Assembly (NCBI GenBank): GCA_964534605.1 | Contig: CAZHOS010000003.1 | Coordinates: 1 to 50,941 of the forward strand | DNA: 50,941 nucleotides | Direction: 5' to 3' | Source: an uncultured Candidatus Saccharibacteria bacterium | GTDB lineage: Bacteria > Patescibacteriota > Saccharimonadia > Saccharimonadales > VXPC01 | Part shown: positions 10,122 through 19,124 of the stretch, piece after piece | Position numbering within the stretch: the first letter of the stretch is position 1 | Layout of the letters: every line of letters begins with the position of its first letter | The notes under the pieces: model-generated | Databases searched by the model: none | Told to the model about the DNA's origin: nothing | Seen by the model: only the letters and a program-made list of their open reading frames with translations | Made by a program: the position numbers and the translations under genes

Positions 10122-11826
10122 CACCGTTAAGATGGCTGGCTGGGTGAATGGTCGCCGCGATCATGGCGGTCTTATATTTATAGACATGCGCGACCATACC
10201 GGCTTGACTCAGCTGGTATTTAAGCCAGAAGACAAAGATCTTTTTGCGGCTGCCGAAAGCCTGCGCGACGAGTACGTCATCGAGGTCGAAGGTGTTGTGC
10301 TAGAGCGCGATGATTCACTTAAAAACTCTAACATCGTAAGCGGCGGTGTCGAGATAGAGGTTCAGAGCATGGAACTGCTTAACGCTGCCGAGACCCCTCC
10401 TTTCCAGGTGTCGGGCGCGCAGAATGTTAACGAAGACACCAGGCTCAAGCACCGCTATATTGACCTGCGCCGCCCAAAGATGCAGCATATGCTCGCCAAG
10501 CGGGCTGAGTTCTATAGCTATATGCGCAGATATATGGAGGAGCAAGACTTTATAGAGGTGTCCACACCAATCTTGGCCAACTCTAGCCCAGAAGGCGCAC
10601 GCGACTTTATAGTGCCATCCAGACTGCACCAAGGTAGCTTCTATGCGCTGCCACAAGCCCCGCAGCAGTTCAAACAGCTGCTTATGGTCGGTGGCATACC
10701 TCGTTATTATCAGATGGCTGCTTGCTTCCGCGACGAGGACCCGCGGTCCGATAGACTTTACGGCGAGTTCTATCAACTCGATTTAGAAATGTCCTTTGTA
10801 CAGGACGGCGAAGAAGTGCGCTCGACCATGGATCCGCTTATTACTCGTCTTGTTACAGACTTTGCGGACAAGAGTGTCCTTGGCGGCGAGATCCCCAGAA
10901 TAACCTACAAGGAAGCTATGGATAGGTACGGCTCCGATAAACCAGACTTACGCTATGGCCTAGAGCTGGTTGATCTTAGCGGCATAGCCAAAACGTGTAG
11001 CTTCGGGGTATTTAGCAGCGCCGTCGAGAAGGGCGGAGTGGTCAAAGCTTTGGCTGCCCCCGCAGACTTTACTCGTAAGCAGATCGACCAACTTACAGAC
11101 AAGGCCAAAGAGCTAGGTGCTGGCGGTTTGCCCTACATGAGCATGAAGGACGGCCAGCTAAGCTCATCAATCGCCAAGTTTTTCTCCGATGACGAGCTGC
11201 AAGGCATTGCCGAGGCAATGAGCCTCAAAGAAGGCGATACTGTGTTATTTGGCGCCGACAAGGCTGCAGTGGTTAACAGGGTCCTTGGTGGGCTGCGCTC
11301 GCACCTTGGTGACGCCTTGGACCTAAAAGATTCGAGTGTTGTATCACTGCTGTGGATCGTCGACTTCCCGTTCTACGAAAAAGATGACAAAACAGGTCAA
11401 CTAGACTTTGGTCACAATCCATTCTCTATGCCAAAAGGTGGCCGAGCGGCACTGGCAGCAGAAAACAAAGAAGAGATCATTGCCGATCAGTACGACATGG
11501 TCATGAACGGCTACGAGATATGCTCGGGAGGTGTGCGGAATCACCAGCCAGAGACAATGTACGAAGTCTTTGGGGTGCTCGGCTATGACCGAGATTATGT
11601 CGAGTCCCGCTTTGGCGGTATGCTCAGCGCCTTCAAGTACGGTGCCCCGCCACATGCCGGTTGTGCTTACGGTCTGGACAGAATGTTTATGGTGCTTATG
11701 GACGAGGATAACATACGCGAGGTGGTGGCCTTCCCCAAGAATGGATCGGGTGTAGACCTTCTGATGCAAGCCCCTTCTACTCTTGAATCTACCCAGCTCA
11801 AAGAGCTAGGCATCCGCAAGAGTTAA
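10078..11826 (+). CDS. aspS: aspartyl-tRNA synthetase
   Basis: 582 aa. Motifs GWVNGRRDHGGLIFIDMRDHTG (OB-fold N-domain), FYALPQAPQQFKQLLM, FRDEDPRSDR and GGVRNHQ...APPHAG are class IIb AspRS hallmarks. The start overlaps the upstream gene by 44 nt. Confidence 0.95.
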   Translation: MKRILSAQVAEQKTSTVKMAGWVNGRRDHGGLIFIDMRDHTGLTQLVFKPEDKDLFAAAESLRDEYVIEVEGVVLERDDSLKNSNIVSGGVEIEVQSMELLNAAETPPFQVSGAQNVNEDTRLKHRYIDLRRPKMQHMLAKRAEFYSYMRRYMEEQDFIEVSTPILANSSPEGARDFIVPSRLHQGSFYALPQAPQQFKQLLMVGGIPRYYQMAACFRDEDPRSDRLYGEFYQLDLEMSFVQDGEEVRSTMDPLITRLVTDFADKSVLGGEIPRITYKEAMDRYGSDKPDLRYGLELVDLSGIAKTCSFGVFSSAVEKGGVVKALAAPADFTRKQIDQLTDKAKELGAGGLPYMSMKDGQLSSSIAKFFSDDELQGIAEAMSLKEGDTVLFGADKAAVVNRVLGGLRSHLGDALDLKDSSVVSLLWIVDFPFYEKDDKTGQLDFGHNPFSMPKGGRAALAAENKEEIIADQYDMVMNGYEICSGGVRNHQPETMYEVFGVLGYDRDYVESRFGGMLSAFKYGAPPHAGCAYGLDRMFMVLMDEDNIREVVAFPKNGSGVDLLMQAPSTLESTQLKELGIRKS

Positions 11827-11894
11827 AGCTTGCGAAAAATCTTGGCTACAGGGGTTCTAAACTGTAACCATAAGCGCTATAATTAATAGCTAGG

Positions 11895-12326
11895 ATGGGA
11901 ATTCATACTCAAGAATCAGGCTTTACTCTGATCGAAGCACTGCTGACGCTCTTTGTCGTGGGCGTAATCATAACGGTTGGTTTTGACCTGACCAACGCTA
12001 CCGGTCAAATTAACCTCAAAACACGTATTTACTCGGAGGCTAACTCGCTGGCGTTCGGAAAGATGCAGGATTACGCCAACAGCGATTTTGGCGATATCCC
12101 TGTGGGCAATGCTGGCAACAACTTTTTAGTAGAGGATTTTTCTAATCAGGTTTTAACGACTTCGAATGGCCTGGTTGCTAATCCCGACGGCAAGGTTTTT
12201 ACGACTTACTTCCCCGGCTCTAGGTCTCTGATAGAAGTTCGAGTAGTCTTGGATTTTGACTATAGTGGCGATAGGCGCACTGTGGAGTATGCAAACTTTA
12301 TCCAACTGGGCGGAGTAGGGCGATGA
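11895..12326 (+). CDS. type IV pilin-like protein (prepilin-type N-terminal cleavage/methylation signal)
   Basis: 143 aa. Leader MGIHTQESG followed by FTLIEALLTLFVVGVII (class III signal, Glu at +5). Confidence 0.8.
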   Translation: MGIHTQESGFTLIEALLTLFVVGVIITVGFDLTNATGQINLKTRIYSEANSLAFGKMQDYANSDFGDIPVGNAGNNFLVEDFSNQVLTTSNGLVANPDGKVFTTYFPGSRSLIEVRVVLDFDYSGDRRTVEYANFIQLGGVGR

Positions 12327-13177
12327 TGCGCCGTAGCCTGCACAATAACAACAAGTCTCTTAATCTTCGTAGTTTACGAAGACATCGCCTCGATCAAGAG
12401 GCCTTTACCCTGATTGAGCTAGTGGTTGTGATGCCAATCATCCTGCTTATAACGGGCTATATGCTAAGTATTATGTTCGACCAGTTTGGTCAGATGGTTA
12501 TCGACACAGCAGAGTCCAACCTGCGGCTCGAGGCTCAAACCATGCTCCTAAATCTCGAGGACGAGCTGTTGTTCGCGACCGAATATGGGGACGGTCTGCA
12601 TTCCCATGTAAATGACGATCATGCGCCGCCTGGTGGCTGGACAAATAGCAACGGCGGCAACGACGTTCTGATAGTTTACGAAACGGCGATCAACGCCGGT
12701 CGCCGTGATCCAGACAGGCGCTTTGTGCGCAGGGAGGTCAACAGCTGTACTGGTGGCAATGCAGCCTTTAATCCGATTGCGATCAACAATCTTCTCTACT
12801 TTACCGAGCCAAATGATGACAACGAATACAACTCACTATTTAAGCGAACCCTAACACCAACTTTTAGCACCTGTACGCAGCACAAAAATACGGGCAATTT
12901 CTGTGACCCAGACGCTGGCGACCCCCTCTGCCCCAATAACAGTAAAAGGACCACGTGTGACGTAGCCAATGTGGGCACTGGCAGCTGTGTTGGTGTCGAC
13001 GGATTGCTTTCGGAGCAAGTTGTTGATTTTGACATAACCTACTTTGACGAGAATAACGTTATAACGAACGACCCAAGCCGAGGCGAGAAAGTCGAGATGC
13101 TGGTAACTCTGGGGGACCGAAAATACGGTAAAGACATCGAAATTACATCAAGATTCATCATGAAGAAGATTAATTAG
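12323..13177 (+). CDS. type IV minor pilin-like protein (PilW-like size)
   Basis: 284 aa. Basic 27-aa leader then A|FTLIELVVVMPIILL; Ala at -1 is seen in Gram-positive Com pseudopilins. The ATGA start overlaps the previous stop. Confidence 0.7.
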   Translation: MMRRSLHNNNKSLNLRSLRRHRLDQEAFTLIELVVVMPIILLITGYMLSIMFDQFGQMVIDTAESNLRLEAQTMLLNLEDELLFATEYGDGLHSHVNDDHAPPGGWTNSNGGNDVLIVYETAINAGRRDPDRRFVRREVNSCTGGNAAFNPIAINNLLYFTEPNDDNEYNSLFKRTLTPTFSTCTQHKNTGNFCDPDAGDPLCPNNSKRTTCDVANVGTGSCVGVDGLLSEQVVDFDITYFDENNVITNDPSRGEKVEMLVTLGDRKYGKDIEITSRFIMKKIN

Positions 13178-13182
13178 CCATA

Positions 13183-16100
13183 ATGCGTATACAAAGTTTC
13201 AACAATAGACTCAATAGGCTCTTGGCTCAGAATCCCGCGTCAGCCAGCGGCTTGTCTGGTGATCAGAGATCAATGAGGCAAATGGGTGAAGACGCCTTCG
13301 TGCTACCTATGATTTTGAGCTTCATGGTTATCATATCTGTTTTAGGGCTAACGTTGATGCAGTCGAGCCTACAGGCCAATAGTCTTGCTATTCGCCACTC
13401 GTATGTGCAGATGGCGCATATTGCCAGTGGTGCGGCCATCGACTTTGCTGAGGAGCAGTTCGAGATAGACGCATCCTACATGGGAACTCCAGAATTCACC
13501 ATCGCTGTCACAGAGAACTATCGAATCACCGTCGAAGTGGAGCACCTATACTTCCAGAACCCCCCCAACAACACCATACAACGTGTTCGTGCATGGGGAC
13601 GTGTATACATACCAGAGATATCTGCAGATAGTGACTTCGCCAGAGAGATTAACGCCTCGGTAGTGCGTAACGGTGAGGTTGTCGGGGCCGTTGATCCATC
13701 CGACTTTGAGCCATTGGTTTGGCTGGACGCGTCTGACCAAAATGTGCTGCAACAAGGAGCTACAGCCGGCACGCAGTTTATAGACGCAGATACTTCTGCG
13801 GTTGCTGCCAGTGTGGTTGAGCAGCGCGGTGCAGATGCAGGTGCAAGCCCCGGGTCACTTAACTTCTCTAGCAGTGATATCGAGCTTTCGTTTGACAACA
13901 ATACGACTGGCCATCAGTCTGTTGGTTTACGGTTCGAGGACCTTGACGCACCACAAGGCATAGAGATCAACTCTGCATATATACAGTTTACTACCGACGA
14001 AGTAACGAACCTTCCTTCGGAGGTGCAGTTAAGCGTTGAGGGCGTTGATAGTGATACAGCACCTGTTTGGGGTGGGCTGTTTGCGGTTGACGTAGCCCCT
14101 AAGACAACCGCCAACTTCCTCTGGGAGCCACCAGAGTGGAATGTTGTTGGCAGTAGCAGTATTAACGAACGTATAGACGTTACAAGCATCGTTAAGGAAA
14201 TCATTGATCGCCCCGGCTGGAGTGCGGGTAACAATATCGCCTTTACTATTACTTACGTCAATGGACCAGGCGAGAGAACAGCCAGCAAAAGCAGTCCACC
14301 CCAGCTCTTTGTCGACTGGGGTGTTGGAGGGGAAGCGATTGCCACCAATGATCCTGTGCGCCTATGGCAAGACTCGTCGATAAACGGCAACGATGCTGAG
14401 TTTTTCTCGGTGTCTACAAGCGGCTCCGTAACACCGGGATTCTTGCCTACCAATCTTAATCCAGATGTTTGGTATGACGCAGAGCAGATTGTCCCCGCAG
14501 ATCTTGACGCTAGTGACAACCTTATTGCTTGGACCGACTTGTCCGGAAACGAGAACAACGCTTTGTCACCTGGGTCGGCTATCGGCGCATCAATCGAAGA
14601 TAACTTTGACCCTGGTGTGGATAGCGCCCAATGGTCAAATATAACGGGTGGATCGACAGACGCTGTCTGTGGTTCTAGCTCTGGTAATGCCTATAGGTTT
14701 ACCAGCGCATTCAATAGACGGGCAGAGACAGAGGGTATAAACACCGAGGCTGGCGGTACGATCAACTTCCACCTGCAGCTGCAGGCTAGTAACTCGGGTG
14801 GATGTAACGCTATAGAATCCGGAGAAGATGTCGTCCTCGAATATTCAACCAATGGATCGAACTGGAGTAACATAGCTACCTACCAGGTCGGTGACTATAA
14901 CTCCTATACGCCAGTTTCGCTCAATATACCGACAGGCGCCCAGTCGTCGAGCACTCGGTTCCGCTGGCGACAAGTTTCATTTAGCTCTGGTAACTTTGAC
15001 CACTGGGGAATTGACGACGTGGCCATAACAGCAAATAGCAGCAACACAGATCAGCCGCCTAGCTTTGATGACAGTACCGATACAGTTAACTTTGATGGTG
15101 CCACCCCCGAATACCTACTTTTAGAGGACACTCTGGATCTAGATGACTTCTCGGTTTTTGTTGTCAGCGAACAAGGCGCCGCTGGTGACTCGCCGCAGTT
15201 GGGTGATGGTTCGTCATTGATCGGCGCGATCCAGGATAACTTTGATCCAACGCAAGACAACTCGCAGTGGACGACCCTCACGGGTGGTAGCGAGGATACG
15301 TCTTGCGGCAACCCGACCGAAAACGGGTTCTTGTTCGATAACCCGTTCTCTCGTTTTGCAGAGACGATTGATGCGAATACTGAGTTTGGAGGCAGCATAG
15401 ACTTCGATCTTTATATAGCTCATCAGAATTCTGGTTCATGCAATGCCGTAGAGTCCGGTGAAGACATTGTGCTGGAGTATTCTACCAATGGTGGTTCTAG
15501 CTGGAATAACATAGCCACCTACCAAGTTAATGCGTACAACGACTACACACCGGTTTCCGAGCCAATACCGGCCGCTGCCCAAGCGCCGAATACTCGGTTC
15601 CGCTGGCGACAAGTGTCATTTAGCTCTGGTGATTTTGACCATTGGGGTCTGGATAATGTTTTTGTCAACATTGCACAGCCAACAGGTTCTTCGCAGAATA
15701 TAACTTATACAGCCGATGCTCCTGGCATCAACTATCACTCCACAGCACCACCTGGAGGTATATCGAATATTAATAATGGCAACACTTCTACGAGTGGTAG
15801 CGACGACTTCGAGGTTCATCCCATTAACGCCATAGGGCGCACCATCACTATGACATTTGATCAAGTTATGGACGTCGAGCAAGCAAGCTTTTACAACCGC
15901 ACCGGCTGCTGCAGGGACCGTATTAGCGGCGCACAAATGATATTCCGCGATAGTCTGGGTACAGAACTTTTCGCCTTTACCTTCCCAGTAAACACCAATA
16001 TTAACCGCATTGATATTGCTCCGCCCTCGGGCACTATCAAGAATGTTGCTAGTGTAGACCTGACGAACTTCCAAGAGAATAACCAGAACTTCAGAGAAGT

Positions 16101-17136
16101 AACTTTTACAGGTACTATGCCTTCGGCAACTGGCAGCAATGGATTCATCGAACATGCTGGTGGCAACATTACTTATAGTTCTGACGCAACGGGCATCGAA
16201 CATTCTGTCCCCGCTGCCGGCACGGGCTTTAATGTCTGGTCTGCTGGTCGCACTTCAGACCAGCTTAGCTCAAGCATCAACGGAACCGGTAGTTCGGCAG
16301 TTCTTGCTGATGGCGAAACCTTCTCGCTGGCCCAAATTGGCGCTGTAGAGGCAACCAATGGCTTTAGCGGGGGAATCAAAGAGGTGATTGTTTATCCACG
16401 TCTGCTCAGCACTAGCGAGAGACAACAGGTAGAAGGTTATTTGGCGCACAAATGGGGCCTAGATGGCAAGCTGCCTAGCTCGCACCCCTTTAAGTCAACC
16501 GACCCCGGCGAGGACGTAACAACAGGTGGTTCAGGCACATCAAGCCCACCGACATTAGAGACGAATGCCTTGGCCGGCAGAAGTATAGTTAGGTTCGAGA
16601 ATCAAGCCCTGCTTAATATAGACCTAACCACACCCATTGATTCTGATGCAGTATCTGTATTTTTGGTTGCGCGCGCCAAGCCCGGCAGTGCGAGTGATGC
16701 TCGCCTATTGTCTGCTATGGCTGATGCCGACATCACTGATTTAACGTCTAGCTCTGGTTTTGTCGGACTGAAGCGTGTTGGTGGCTCGCCTGCTGCTCAT
16801 CAGTTTTACAATTCTAGTGCAGGCGAAGACCTTAGCAGTGTTTTTAATAACAGCTGGGGCGTGTATACGAGTGTTATATCTGGGACCCAACCAGAAAGGC
16901 TTTTAAGCAACGGTGTCGAGAACGAGAATGAAGTTATAACCACAACTAGCTTTAATGCCGACGAGATATTCATAGCAGGAACGCGCTTCGGCACTGGCTC
17001 AGGCACTAACATTGCCGAGGTAGATATTGCCGAGGTTGTAGTCTATGACAAATACATTGCATGCAATGCCATCAACGATCTGGAAGAGTACTTCTCGCTA
17101 AAATACGGCATCGCTACAACCGTAAAGTCTTGCTAG
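13183..17136 (+). CDS. giant PilX-N-type pilus-associated protein with multiple lectin-like modules
   Basis: 1317 aa.
- PilX-N-like start: DAFVLPMILSFMVIISVLGLTLMQSSLQAN...
- LamG-like motifs: LVWLDASD, IAWTDLSGNENNA and the C-terminal IKEVIVYPRLLSTSERQQVEGYLAHKWGL.
- Two tandem modules of about 145 aa ending RFRWRQVSFSSG-FDHWG-D.
- An F-type-lectin-like motif. Confidence 0.8.
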   Translation: MRIQSFNNRLNRLLAQNPASASGLSGDQRSMRQMGEDAFVLPMILSFMVIISVLGLTLMQSSLQANSLAIRHSYVQMAHIASGAAIDFAEEQFEIDASYMGTPEFTIAVTENYRITVEVEHLYFQNPPNNTIQRVRAWGRVYIPEISADSDFAREINASVVRNGEVVGAVDPSDFEPLVWLDASDQNVLQQGATAGTQFIDADTSAVAASVVEQRGADAGASPGSLNFSSSDIELSFDNNTTGHQSVGLRFEDLDAPQGIEINSAYIQFTTDEVTNLPSEVQLSVEGVDSDTAPVWGGLFAVDVAPKTTANFLWEPPEWNVVGSSSINERIDVTSIVKEIIDRPGWSAGNNIAFTITYVNGPGERTASKSSPPQLFVDWGVGGEAIATNDPVRLWQDSSINGNDAEFFSVSTSGSVTPGFLPTNLNPDVWYDAEQIVPADLDASDNLIAWTDLSGNENNALSPGSAIGASIEDNFDPGVDSAQWSNITGGSTDAVCGSSSGNAYRFTSAFNRRAETEGINTEAGGTINFHLQLQASNSGGCNAIESGEDVVLEYSTNGSNWSNIATYQVGDYNSYTPVSLNIPTGAQSSSTRFRWRQVSFSSGNFDHWGIDDVAITANSSNTDQPPSFDDSTDTVNFDGATPEYLLLEDTLDLDDFSVFVVSEQGAAGDSPQLGDGSSLIGAIQDNFDPTQDNSQWTTLTGGSEDTSCGNPTENGFLFDNPFSRFAETIDANTEFGGSIDFDLYIAHQNSGSCNAVESGEDIVLEYSTNGGSSWNNIATYQVNAYNDYTPVSEPIPAAAQAPNTRFRWRQVSFSSGDFDHWGLDNVFVNIAQPTGSSQNITYTADAPGINYHSTAPPGGISNINNGNTSTSGSDDFEVHPINAIGRTITMTFDQVMDVEQASFYNRTGCCRDRISGAQMIFRDSLGTELFAFTFPVNTNINRIDIAPPSGTIKNVASVDLTNFQENNQNFREVTFTGTMPSATGSNGFIEHAGGNITYSSDATGIEHSVPAAGTGFNVWSAGRTSDQLSSSINGTGSSAVLADGETFSLAQIGAVEATNGFSGGIKEVIVYPRLLSTSERQQVEGYLAHKWGLDGKLPSSHPFKSTDPGEDVTTGGSGTSSPPTLETNALAGRSIVRFENQALLNIDLTTPIDSDAVSVFLVARAKPGSASDARLLSAMADADITDLTSSSGFVGLKRVGGSPAAHQFYNSSAGEDLSSVFNNSWGVYTSVISGTQPERLLSNGVENENEVITTTSFNADEIFIAGTRFGTGSGTNIAEVDIAEVVVYDKYIACNAINDLEEYFSLKYGIATTVKSC

Positions 17137-17203
17137 GGTTGTATGAGTAGGACGAATTTTATGTTAGTATTTAATACATAAATAACCTTTGGGGGATATG
17201 TAG

Positions 17204-17656
17204 ATGGGTTTTGCTCTAAACAACCAAAGGGTGGGATTATTATTAGGAATCGTCATGTTCTTGGGGGCAATGATGACCGCTTACTTCGACAATGCTGCAG
17301 TATGGTCGTGGGTCAGCCTGGTTACCTTTGCTTTTGTAGTCTGGACGGTTGCCAGGATATGGAGGTCTAGTACCGGTGATGCGATTTTGCGCGGTGCAGT
17401 AATCGGCGCCATGGCGATGGTCGTTGCGAGACTTGTTGGACTGGTCTCGACAAGACTGCTTTTTTCGGAATGGACAGTAAACAGCCCCGGATACGATGTC
17501 CTCTCTGGCCCAATTACCGATATGCAACGCGTCATATTAAATGGTAGCTTTGGTCAAACATTGATCTTAGTCATAGCTTCTTCGCTTCTAGCAGCCGCAA
17601 TAACTTTCGGTGCTAGATTACTTGGCCAAGAACTTATAAATAGGAGGAGCGCATAA
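17204..17656 (+). CDS. hypothetical integral membrane protein
   Basis: 150 aa with about 4 hydrophobic segments. GGGGGA lies upstream of the ATG. Translationally coupled (TAATG) to the next gene. Confidence 0.6.
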   Translation: MGFALNNQRVGLLLGIVMFLGAMMTAYFDNAAVWSWVSLVTFAFVVWTVARIWRSSTGDAILRGAVIGAMAMVVARLVGLVSTRLLFSEWTVNSPGYDVLSGPITDMQRVILNGSFGQTLILVIASSLLAAAITFGARLLGQELINRRSA

Positions 17657-18234
17657 TGTCGAACTACATCAAAGCACTACGCGACCTACTAGTGATATTA
17701 GTGGTTATTGGAACAATATCTTTGGTCCTATCGTTCGTGACAGGTAGAGACAACGGGGAGTTCGACGCAGACGAGCGAGTTGCTAGCTTCTTGCAGGTGG
17801 ACGACACGGTTGGCGAAGTTGTCGGTACTGACGATCTTGATCTTAGCGATATATCTTTTAACGAGATCGACGGAGTAGATATTAGCGACACAGAGATTGA
17901 GACTACTGATGCAGAGCCTAACGATTCTGACGACGTAGAAGAAGGTGCTTCGGACACCACCTTCCGCGAAGGGGTGATAGAAGGTGAAGGTGACGATCAG
18001 AGCGATGCCTCAACTACTGTAGCTAACGAAGAGCGCTCTCACGTAGTAGAAGCAGGTGATACGTATGGGTGTATCGCAGAAGAGTATTACGGCAGCTTCG
18101 AGTACTGGCCACTTATCGAGGCGGCAAATGCGTCTAGTGGAGTTGGCTTTCAGGAACTAGAGCTGCACATAGGTAATCGACTGATCTTGCCAGCAACAAC
18201 GGATCAGAAGCCAGCGTCATCACTCTGTTCATAA
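17656..18234 (+). CDS. membrane-anchored acidic protein with C-terminal LysM-like domain
   Basis: 192 aa with an N-terminal TM segment and an Asp/Glu-rich linker. C-terminus HVVEAGDTYGCIAEEYYGSFEYWPLIEAAN...IGNRLILP fits the LysM pattern. Confidence 0.7.
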   Translation: MSNYIKALRDLLVILVVIGTISLVLSFVTGRDNGEFDADERVASFLQVDDTVGEVVGTDDLDLSDISFNEIDGVDISDTEIETTDAEPNDSDDVEEGASDTTFREGVIEGEGDDQSDASTTVANEERSHVVEAGDTYGCIAEEYYGSFEYWPLIEAANASSGVGFQELELHIGNRLILPATTDQKPASSLCS

Positions 18235-18267
18235 AAAACTAAGTGTTAACGGAGGGTGGGGCGTAGG

Positions 18268-19080
18268 ATGCAAAAAGCTACTCTAGAGCAAGGGTTGGGT
18301 TCGGTAGAGCTAAGGTCCATGCCATGGAGGCCTCCAGAGCTAGGGCTTGTGGATGGTCGACTCGATCCCTACAAAGTCTTGGTGTCAGAGATGATGTTAC
18401 AGCAGACACAGGTTGCACGTGTTGCCCCAAAATACAGAGAGTTCATTGCCAGATACGATAGTTTTTCTGCTTTGGCTGCAGCCAGTCAAGTAGAAGTATT
18501 AAGGCTTTGGCAGGGTCTAGGCTATAACCGACGGGCTAAATATCTGCTAGAAGCCGCCAAAGAACTAGCCAAGCTAGCCGACTCACCAACGCTCGAGCAG
18601 CTCATGGCGCTTAACGGTGTAGGCTATAACACAGCCGCAGCAATACGCGTCTATAGCTTAAATGAACCCTTGGTCTTTATAGAGACCAATATCCGGACAG
18701 TTGTTGGTCATTACTTTTTTTTGGACAGGCAAGACCAGGTTGCCGACTCGGAAATACAAAAAATCATGGAGTCCATCGTGCCTAGCGAAGACCCCAGGAC
18801 ATGGTATTACAAGATGATGGATCACGGGGCTATACTAAAGAAGAGTCCAAGCTCAAAGTCGATGAATAGCTTTAAATCATATAGCAAACAATCTGCCTTC
18901 GAAGGCTCTAGAAGACAGCTCCGTGGTCAATGCCTAAGGCTTCTGTTGGAAGAGCCAAGGGATATAGGGTCACTGGTGGACATGACAGGCGACAAAGACC
19001 GAACAGAATCGGTAGTGCTAGAACTGCAGAAAGAGGGACTGCTAGCTAAAGACAAAGATCTATGGAGGGTAGCAGGCTAG
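18268..19080 (+). CDS. MutY/Nth-family HhH-GPD DNA glycosylase-like protein
   Basis: MPWRP...DPYKVLVSEMMLQQTQV...LWQGLGYNRRAKYL...LNGVGYNTAAAI matches the MutY N-domain. The ORF opens at GTG 18256; ATG 18268 follows a GGAGGG. No Cys-rich Fe-S loop is visible. Confidence 0.75.
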   Translation: MQKATLEQGLGSVELRSMPWRPPELGLVDGRLDPYKVLVSEMMLQQTQVARVAPKYREFIARYDSFSALAAASQVEVLRLWQGLGYNRRAKYLLEAAKELAKLADSPTLEQLMALNGVGYNTAAAIRVYSLNEPLVFIETNIRTVVGHYFFLDRQDQVADSEIQKIMESIVPSEDPRTWYYKMMDHGAILKKSPSSKSMNSFKSYSKQSAFEGSRRQLRGQCLRLLLEEPRDIGSLVDMTGDKDRTESVVLELQKEGLLAKDKDLWRVAG

Positions 19081-19124
19081 TCTTTAGCTTTGGCTTTCAC
19101 TCCATAGGTTGATAAAATTAAGCT

